Position numbers and translations under genes: made by a program. This document shows, one piece after another, positions 7,588-15,200 of a stretch of DNA of 39,370 nucleotides. Under the pieces are notes generated by a model. The model saw only the letters and a list, made by a program, of their open reading frames with translations, did not search any database and was not told where the DNA came from. Position 1 is the stretch's first letter. Every line of letters begins with the position of its first letter. Source of the DNA: a virus; IMG/VR virus record IMGVR_UViG_3300042284_000040. One strand, given 5' to 3'.

Positions 7588-8298
7588 ATGCTCAGAGATG
7601 CTCTTGACTGGATTAAGGAACATGCAGCCGTGCGGCGGTTTGAAGCCTATGGCGGGGTTTACGTTAACGGCAAGAACGGCGTCGAAAGAATCAACCGGCC
7701 CAAGCCCAGCCCCTTGCACGTTGCAACCCTCAAGTCCCTTGTCGATTATGTCAAGGACGGGGGCGAAGCCTACAAGAAAACAATTTTTGTGGGCATCGTT
7801 GCGCCGAATCAGGTTGCAGTCATTGACTCGCTGAATCCCGACATGCTGCGGAGCCACTTTCTTGAAGCCTCGCCAATCCTTCCGGCTCTCCCTATCGGTT
7901 CATGGGTAGACCGCGAGGACATGCAAATTGCCTTGCAATCCTGCTTTGTGCAGACGGATGAATGCAGGCAGCTTATCGAATTTGTTTCTCGCCTCAAGGC
8001 AGGCGCAGAGGCAGAAGTCAAGGACGACGGCATAACCCAGAATGTCACAGTGTCCGCTGGCGTGAAGCGCGTGGGCAACGCCTCTGTCCCCAACCCCGTC
8101 AACCTCGCACCGTTCCGCACTTTTCCGGAGTTGGCGCAGCCGGTTTCCCCCTTCGTGTTCCGCGTCCGCGCAGAACAAGGGTTTCAATGCAAGCTGATTG
8201 AAGCCGACGGCGGGGCGTGGCGGCTCAAGGCTCACAATTTGGTGCGCGAGTATCTGGAAAAAGAACTCGCCGGAACTCAGGTCAAAATCCTTTCTTAG
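7588..8298 (+). CDS. Hypothetical protein (236 aa)
   Basis: Long ORF with an AAGGG RBS. No motif recognised. Confidence 0.6.
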   Translation: MLRDALDWIKEHAAVRRFEAYGGVYVNGKNGVERINRPKPSPLHVATLKSLVDYVKDGGEAYKKTIFVGIVAPNQVAVIDSLNPDMLRSHFLEASPILPALPIGSWVDREDMQIALQSCFVQTDECRQLIEFVSRLKAGAEAEVKDDGITQNVTVSAGVKRVGNASVPNPVNLAPFRTFPELAQPVSPFVFRVRAEQGFQCKLIEADGGAWRLKAHNLVREYLEKELAGTQVKILS

Positions 8299-8317
8299 AC
8301 AGGCCAAACAGCAAAGA

Positions 8318-8339
8318 GAGGGGGGCCACGGACCCCCTC
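8318..8339 (+). other. GC-rich hairpin (GAGGGGG-N8-CCCCCTC) after the 7588-8298 gene; possible weak terminator or RNA-stability element
   Basis: 7-bp G/C stem seen by eye. No clear U-tract follows on the plus strand. Confidence 0.3.
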
Positions 8340-8432
8340 AATGAAAATCCGGAATCGACAAGCTGTTAAACGAAATAAACCGCCTGCGCGACGAAATAGC
8401 GCGGCTCAAAGCACAAGAGCGAGGCAAGCGAA

Positions 8433-8990
8433 ATGGCTAACAAGGGAATGCGAAAGCCTGAGAAGTGGTTGACGACAAAATGCGCAGTCTGCGGGAAAGA
8501 TATTGTGCATCCCGTCTGTGTCAATCGTGTAACTTGCTCACGCGCCTGCATGAAAAAGCACTTGGCAGCACAGAAAAAGCGCAAGACATGCCCAAGTTGC
8601 GGAAAAGAATTTGTGCCGCACAGACGGGAAACCCTGTACTGTAGCGGAGAGTGTTACAGGAAGCGGCAGGGCAAGGAGGAATTTAAAAAGCGGGAGTGCG
8701 TAGTCTGCGGCAATCCGTTCTTGCCAACGCACAGAGACACGCGGACATGCAGTCTTGATTGCCGCTTTATACTGCGAGACTTGAACCAGCAAATGAAGGA
8801 TGCGGAGCGTGTAGAGCAGGAACTTAAAAAGGCTCTTGCAGGACAAAACTACACCGCTCCAATTGAAGACCCTTGGGCAAATGAAAGCAGCGCATACATG
8901 CTGCATCCGTCATTTGTTCCGTGTGATTCGATGGCGTTCTGTCAGGCAAGCCAAACCACATACACCAGACTGGAGGTATATCACCAATGA
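8433..8990 (+). CDS. Protein with three tandem zinc-ribbon repeats (185 aa)
   Basis: Three copies of CxxCGxxF/I...(T/Y)CSxxC: CAVCGKDIV...TCSRAC, CPSCGKEFV...YCSGEC and CVVCGNPFL...TCSLDC. Confidence 0.6.
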   Translation: MANKGMRKPEKWLTTKCAVCGKDIVHPVCVNRVTCSRACMKKHLAAQKKRKTCPSCGKEFVPHRRETLYCSGECYRKRQGKEEFKKRECVVCGNPFLPTHRDTRTCSLDCRFILRDLNQQMKDAERVEQELKKALAGQNYTAPIEDPWANESSAYMLHPSFVPCDSMAFCQASQTTYTRLEVYHQ

Positions 8991-9454
8991 AAAAAAATGA
9001 AAGAACCATTCAGGCACTGGAAGAAGTTGCGGCAAAGCTCGACTATGTGCAATATGGCAATGAAGATGCTTGCATTGACGACGCGGAACTCAAAGAGAAG
9101 GGCATCGTCGTTGCCTACGGTGCTGGGGACGACATATTTGTACTGCGTGGCGCAATTGATGATGAATGGAGCGCATACGGTGGCGGCGATTGGATGTGGT
9201 TCCGTGGGACACTTGTCAGCGAAGACGACATGCAGGATATAAATGCATCCATTGAATCATACGGGTTAAGGCCGTTCTGTTTTATCGATGGAATAAGTCT
9301 GGAGTTTGCACCAAGTGAAATCCCCGACCTTACATGGCTTGTCTCCGCTTCCGTGCCTATCAAGGCTTCTTTCCGGATTATGGAAGATGAAGAAGCCTTC
9401 TGCATCGGCGAAGTGTTCTACCTCGACCACCTGCGTGCTATCGGCGTTGATTGA
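8987..9454 (+). CDS. Acidic hypothetical protein (155 aa)
   Basis: ATGA overlap with the upstream gene. No motif recognised. Confidence 0.55.
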   Translation: MKKNERTIQALEEVAAKLDYVQYGNEDACIDDAELKEKGIVVAYGAGDDIFVLRGAIDDEWSAYGGGDWMWFRGTLVSEDDMQDINASIESYGLRPFCFIDGISLEFAPSEIPDLTWLVSASVPIKASFRIMEDEEAFCIGEVFYLDHLRAIGVD

Positions 9455-9468
9455 TAGGGGCCGCGCAA

Positions 9469-9753
9469 ATGGTATTCACAACACATGCCAGAAAAAGAAT
9501 GGCGGAAAGGGGAATAGCCAAAGGAACAGTTATTGCCGTGTTGATACATGGGGAAGAAAGGCTGCGAGATGATGGACTGAAAGAGTACGCTTTCTGCGGT
9601 ATAAGGGTTGTAACGTCCTCAGCAAGCAATGATGATTGTGTGGTTGTAACCGCTTTTCATGAAGACACACCCCGCAGAAATCCACGGAAAACACCCAAGC
9701 GCGGAACCAAGAAAGAGGCAGGCCGCATGCGCCGTAGCTTCGTCTGTGCGTAG
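9469..9753 (+). CDS. DUF4258-like (toxin-fold) protein with a very basic C-terminal tail (94 aa; alternative TTG start at 9451)
   Basis: N-terminus MVFTTHARKRMAERGI...VIAVLIHGE matches the DUF4258 pattern as I remember it. The tail is PRRNPRKTPKRGTKKEAGRMRR. Confidence 0.5.
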   Translation: MVFTTHARKRMAERGIAKGTVIAVLIHGEERLRDDGLKEYAFCGIRVVTSSASNDDCVVVTAFHEDTPRRNPRKTPKRGTKKEAGRMRRSFVCA

Positions 9754-9797
9754 AAAGAAACAGGCACTTGAGCTTTTCAGGTGCCTGTTTCCATATA
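9754..9797. terminator. Bidirectional rho-independent terminator between convergent operons
   Basis: AAACAGGCAC (9758-9767), a 13-nt loop, then GTGCCTGTTT (9781-9790). T-rich flanks on both strands. Sits between the + gene ending at 9753 and the - gene ending at 9833. Confidence 0.7.
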
Positions 9798-9832
9798 GGC
9801 CAGAGGTAGGCCAGTCAATCCTTACAACCCCC

Positions 9833-10201
9833 TTACGGTTGCATCAGCACGTCATCGCCGGAGAGCAGTTCAGGCTTTTGCGGCCAGTTTATATCATGCG
9901 GGAAATCAAGCTGCTGCGGCACGTCAAGGAGTGCCTGCCTGTATGCCTGAATCGCGTCCTTATCCTCCTGCGGGAGCGTTTCCCACCACGCCGGATTCAT
10001 GCAGTCAACAGAGCACCTGAGCCGGTAGTCCCTCTCCGCCCGCGCCAAGTCCTCGCTGACCACCCAGCGGCCGGAAGCGTCCGCCACATGGTATTCGCTG
10101 GGTCTCTCACCTGACATCAAAACCAAGTCAGGCATTTTCCGTGCCTGAGCCTCTGTCATTATATATTGCAGACTTTCACCTGCTTTTGCGTATATCGGCA
10201 T
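9833..10201 (-). CDS. Tail fibre assembly chaperone-like protein (122 aa)
   Basis: Immediately downstream of the tail fibre gene. The C-terminal pattern AIQAYRQALLDVPQQLDFPHDINWPQKPE is typical of tail fibre assembly proteins. Confidence 0.55.
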   Translation of the reverse strand: MPIYAKAGESLQYIMTEAQARKMPDLVLMSGERPSEYHVADASGRWVVSEDLARAERDYRLRCSVDCMNPAWWETLPQEDKDAIQAYRQALLDVPQQLDFPHDINWPQKPELLSGDDVLMQP

Positions 10202-10202
10202 G

Positions 10203-12191
10203 TTAATACCCCCTATCCACTGTTACACGTATGCGGCTTGGCGTTGTGATGACTGTTGTAAAGTCGCCGCCGCCATTACTCATACTGGTGCTTAGGGCAT
10301 AAGAACCTGACCGGATATACAAAGAATCTTTTAATGACGATGCTTTTACTCCATACCCGCCCTCAGGATTACTACTATATACCCAGCCGGTATTACCCCA
10401 GAAGCCTTCTGCAAATACCTGTGCCTTTGCGTTAGAGTTCCTACTGAATACATAGGGCAGGTCTTCAACTACGGTGGTGTTCTTCGCCACCAAACCACCA
10501 TCATTGACAGGCACTGTCACACTACTGCCAAGGCTATAGCAGTGTACGTCCGTTATGGCACCGCCAGACTTTTCAACCCACCCAAGGTACACCCTGCGGA
10601 TCGGGTTATCGTCCTTGTCGTACATGGTGACGCCAGAAATATTGTATATATCCCCTGCTGTAAGGTCAGATACTTGAATGTCTGATATTGTCCATCCATA
10701 CGAGGAATTGACTGTGGCAGCAGTCGCTTTAAGCCGCACAGTATTATTCCCCTCCACAGAGTCAAAGCTCCCACGGAGTGTATTGTCAATATATACCAAC
10801 TCACCGACCTTAGTCCAAACACCACCGACTAGTTGTTCTACATCAGCGGTGCTGGGGGCACTCCCAACATAAGACGCAGATGACGTGGATATTATTGATT
10901 TGACACCCGATTTAGAATCCGGCAGCGTAAACTCTATCCACACACCGATAACCACAGCACCTGACCCAGCACCTGCGCCCCAATACGTTGCAGGGTTGCC
11001 ATCTACTGAGAATTCGATATCACGATCGGCTGCTGTTGATGAAGCAGCAACAGGCACAGGATACGATAGCAACTCGCGAGTGTTAATCTGCGGTGCCACA
11101 TCGGTATGACCAAATCCAGAGAACGTCCCGTCTTCAGCTATATCAGCGTACACATGGTGTGTCCCGTCAGCCGCTGCGGACAGGTCAACAACTTGTGGAG
11201 ATACTAGTTCCTCCGAAAGCTGAACTCTGCCGCCATCTGCGTAGGCCACTTGCAGCCCCGCCTCAACCGTTACCACGTTGCCGCTATGGGACAGACTGGC
11301 TACCGGCGCATCACAGTCAGCAGCCGTCCAGCCGTCGGGACGAGAACCCACTTGAGCCCTCACTATCGTTTGTGGAGCAATATTAACACTCCCTTTAAGA
11401 GGATCTGTCCACTCTACTGCGTCCCCTCCTGCGTTAACAGACAGAGTCTTTCCAGCTTCCGCCTCTGTGTAGGGGGGAAGCTCTTTCTCCTCTATCCCCC
11501 ACTCTGTCTCTCCCAACGAAGAAACCTTAAGAACCTTTCCTTCGTCTGCAACACTGTAAGGAGGGAGCTCCTCAGGCACCTCTGCCCATTCCTTCTCTAA
11601 CGAAGGAGAAATTGTAAGAACTTTCCCCTCATCCCCGGGTGAGGCAATAGGCAGCTCAGCCTGTTCAGCAGCTGTCTCCGCCCTAATAGCAGAAGACTCA
11701 GCCTCTGCCGCAGACTGTGCCGCAGCGTTCTTGCTGGCCTCTGCGCCGTCTCTTGCAGTAACAGCCGCGTCTCTGGCAGCGCGGACTTGCCCAAGATAGT
11801 TCTCCGGCGTGTCCTCAGAAGTCAAAGGCAAGGTCACTGTGCGGCTGAACGCCTCTTTGAGTATCTGCCGCTCGACGGCGGCCTTGTCCATCGCCCGTTC
11901 AAGCGTTTCAAGATTGTAATTGCCGGTGTTTTTCCAATCAGTATCTTGCAAATAATCGGCATCAAGCCAGATTGTCAGCCGCGAACCGGAAGCAACCGGA
12001 ACAGTTGTTGTGAGCGTCGCACCGGTCACAGAGTAATCAACGCCTGCGACAAGCGCAGTGTCAACGTCCGCAGCATCCGTAACCGTTGCTTTGATATTGC
12101 CGGAGTCGAGAAAATCAAAGGTGACGGGAAAATCAACCTGCACCCCGTCCCCCGCGTATTTGTCCGGCGCATACGTTTTTGTAATCGTCAT
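10203..12191 (-). CDS. Tail fibre / receptor-binding protein (662 aa)
   Basis: N-terminal Y-x-GDG...F-x-V-x-F...DY pattern common in podovirus fibre anchors. Three GKVL/GKTL...EW repeats (aa 179-263). A discoidin/CBM-like segment (aa ~383-508). Last large structural gene. Confidence 0.7.
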   Translation of the reverse strand: MTITKTYAPDKYAGDGVQVDFPVTFDFLDSGNIKATVTDAADVDTALVAGVDYSVTGATLTTTVPVASGSRLTIWLDADYLQDTDWKNTGNYNLETLERAMDKAAVERQILKEAFSRTVTLPLTSEDTPENYLGQVRAARDAAVTARDGAEASKNAAAQSAAEAESSAIRAETAAEQAELPIASPGDEGKVLTISPSLEKEWAEVPEELPPYSVADEGKVLKVSSLGETEWGIEEKELPPYTEAEAGKTLSVNAGGDAVEWTDPLKGSVNIAPQTIVRAQVGSRPDGWTAADCDAPVASLSHSGNVVTVEAGLQVAYADGGRVQLSEELVSPQVVDLSAAADGTHHVYADIAEDGTFSGFGHTDVAPQINTRELLSYPVPVAASSTAADRDIEFSVDGNPATYWGAGAGSGAVVIGVWIEFTLPDSKSGVKSIISTSSASYVGSAPSTADVEQLVGGVWTKVGELVYIDNTLRGSFDSVEGNNTVRLKATAATVNSSYGWTISDIQVSDLTAGDIYNISGVTMYDKDDNPIRRVYLGWVEKSGGAITDVHCYSLGSSVTVPVNDGGLVAKNTTVVEDLPYVFSRNSNAKAQVFAEGFWGNTGWVYSSNPEGGYGVKASSLKDSLYIRSGSYALSTSMSNGGGDFTTVITTPSRIRVTVDRGY
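11403..11657 (-). repeat. Three tandem ~27-30-aa coding repeats inside the tail fibre (…DEGKVLxxS…EW…ELPPY…)
   Basis: Protein segment PGDEGKVLTISPSLEKEWAEVPEELPPYSVADEGKVLKVSSLGETEWGIEEKELPPYTEAEAGKTLSVNAGGDAVEW. Confidence 0.7.
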
Positions 12192-12203
12192 TTCCTCAAC
12201 TCC

Positions 12204-15200
12204 CTATTTTTTCCGGTAAAAGAGCGGGTTGTAAGACTCGCGCTCGTCGTTCATATATTCGATTGCCTGCCCTATTGTGATTCTGGCCTGCGCCGAGGGG
12301 AAAGGAACAAAGTAGCTGCCGACCTCGACAGTAGCCCAGAACAGGGCCGCGTCGTCGCCGTCGTCGTCGAGGTACTCCGTGCCCGCCCGCTTAATACTTG
12401 AACCAAGACGGCCAACCAAAGAAACGGGTCTCCCGTAGTCGTCCTCGATAATTCGCACGGCATCACGCACAACAGGTATCATGCCCGTTGGATGCATCAT
12501 CACCGTGTATGCGCCCCAAGCCAGCCATTCCTCGTCTTCGTCGTCGTCCGGCCCCCTGCCTGCCAGAAGTTCAGCCGCAATAGTCGGGAAAAGCCAGTAA
12601 AACGCAAGCTCGCCAAAGAATTTGCCTTTACGCTTTCCAGTGCGCAGCGTTCTGAACGAAGACACAATCTGATTGTAGTTCGTGTTCATGTAGCTGAAAA
12701 ACATCATCCACATTCGCTTGTACTCGTTACCGCGCTGCATTGCAGAAATGTCCTTATCCTTGCCGCTGCCCTGCCCCATCGTGACAACGCTGTCCGCAAA
12801 GTCCACAGCCTGCTGCTCAGTCTTTCCTTCCTCTAAGGCAAGCTCGTACGCGGCAACCCAAGACGCACCGGAAACGTGATAGTCAGCAAGTGCGGTAAAG
12901 TACATCATCGCCTCTTCCCACTTCTTGATATGCCGACCAAACCCGAAGTTGCTGCTAATGTCGTGCATTTCCTGCGTGAAGTTATGCCGACGGTCGCGCA
13001 TTTCCAAGCTCTTTTCCTCAATCAGCTTGCCCAACTTGCCGCTGGGAGACTTCACAAGCTGCATCAAGTGTTTGAACATCCTAGCGCTTATCTTCGACTT
13101 TCCGGCCTTCAATCCGTTTTGCATAATCGGGATTGCGTTCAGTAGTCCGGCGTACTGCGAAAGAAACACGGTAGCTTTTAGCCCCATGATTGCGAAGGTT
13201 GCACTTTTGCGCAGCAGCTTTGCCACACGCTGCAAATCGTCATAGTCATACGGCTTCTGACCTGCCACAGCAGCAAGCCAAGGTCGCAGCTGGTCGTATT
13301 GTTCCCGCCCAACAGAGCGGATAAGAACGTCTTGGATGCGCCCGTTCTGCAAGAGCCTGTCAACATCGATAACGGCTTCGCGCAGATAAATATCGTGGGT
13401 AACTTGGTCAATGTGCCGGACAAGAACATCAAGGCTCAACGCCACGCGCTGCCCGCCGAAGTTGGTTCTTTCCTTCGTATGGCCGTTTCGTGTCGTCGGA
13501 ACGAAGCCGCCGCCACCGAACATTTCCTGAACGCTCTTTGCATCCTCACGTTGGGCCGCTCTTACGGACAAGTCACGGTCAGCAACGAGAGGATAATAAC
13601 CGCCGCGCAACTTCCTGCCGTTGATTACGAAAGGCTCAGCCTCGACCTTCTCCGGAACTGTACCATTCAACCGCCTGTAAAGGGCCACGATATCAGGCCA
13701 GAAGCTATCCACATGCGACCATATTTTTTCAACGACATCCCAATCACGTTCATCAAGGCGTGAAAGAACAGCATTGCCCTGTTCTTCCGTCCACCCTTCA
13801 CCCGTCAGGAGCGATTTCCAGTTGTGCGAGTTGCCACGGTTCAGGGCTACCGCAAGAATCTGCTCTTTTGTCAGGCTGTCGTTTATCTCGCGGATAAAAA
13901 ACTTTTGCGTCTTGAATCGCGTCAACTCATCTTTCGTGTACCGCCCGAAAATATCAGGCCCGTAAATCTCATTGCGGGATTCAAACAGCCGCTTATTTTT
14001 GTTGTTTACGCCTTCCTTGATAGGCCGGTAAATCATGTCCCACCACAAGCCGTTAGCCTTACCACCATCAAGGGCAAGACACAGGAACTCGACTTTCGTC
14101 AGGCTTGCATCAATACCTTTGAAAATCGAGCCAACGCCCTTCTTGGCTGCCTCCCTGCTGATTCTTTCCGGCCCCAGCTTGTCACCGTAAATCTGTTCGA
14201 CCTGAACGACCATTTCAGCCACGGTTTCATTAAAAAGCCGCTTCTTTCTGGCAGTCATCACGGTTTCAAGACGGCGGCCAACTGTTTCTATTGATTTTAC
14301 AGAATCCCGCACGCTGCGGAGCGCATCAAGAGACATGGCCTTGTAGCTCATCCGGTTGGCTTCGGCCTCTATCAGCGGCGGTATTGCAGGCTCAAAACCC
14401 TTTTCGCGCTGCGCTTTAAGCCAGTTTGCCAAACTCTCGCGGCGGCCTATCTCCGTCAACGTTGTTGATTTACGCAGGTCAAAACGCTCAAGAATCTGGT
14501 CTATCTGGTCAAGGTGTTCTCGCGCAATTGCCTTGCGTGTCGCAGGCTTATTAAACTTGCCAAGATATTTTCTCGCTCTTTCAACTTCTTCCTTGGCCTT
14601 CAAAGACTCGGAAGCAAGTGCTGCCGCTGCAAGCTGCCGCTGCTTCGCGGCTGCCACTGCCTGCATATCGCCGCGCTTTGCGGCTTCAACAGCTTCACGC
14701 GCGGCCTTGCGCTCTGCGCGCTGATGCGCTGCGGGCTTGATTGCATCGTTGACCTTCATGCGCCCGATTGTCTGCCGTGCAGCCTCGCGGATAAATTTGA
14801 CCCGTTCTCGCGCTGCACGTCTGTTCTGTTCTGAAAAAACAGAAGCTATTTTTCTTTCGGCAATATCCTGCTCAACAGCCAAAAGCTCAAGGCGGGAATC
14901 ATCGCGCAGTACAGCCTCTGCCGTAGCTCGCACGTTCTCATCAGACAACAAGTCCTCAAATTCCTGCATCCTTGATTCAACGGATTCCGCAATAACCTCC
15001 TTGAGCGGGCGCAGGTTGGAAAGCTCTTGCACCATTTCATCACCGGATGTGTAACCAAGCCACGTTGCCAAAACGTCAGGATGGACACCCTTCTTGCTGT
15101 AGATGGGCGGGACAGCCTTATACAGGTCAGCAAGCGTACCGGCCCCCCATCCTTCCTTGATAGCGTCCGAAGATATGCGCATATTCCCCTTGGAAGCCTC

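Noticed and set aside
8345-8440. Heptad-like frame IDKLLNEINRLRDEIARLKAQERGKRNG ending in an ATGGCTAA overlap with the 8433 gene
   Set aside because: The frame is closed by TGA at 8342 and has no ATG, GTG or TTG start or RBS downstream of it. The overlapping ATG ORF at 8341 (MKIRNRQAV...) also lacks an RBS. Treated as non-coding unless translation data say otherwise.
10203-12191. Possible diversity-generating retroelement targeting the tail fibre, as in BPP-1-like podoviruses
   Set aside because: No reverse-transcriptase-sized ORF exists anywhere in the genome. I saw no template-repeat copy of the fibre 3' end, and the fibre C-terminus does not look like a C-type-lectin variable region.
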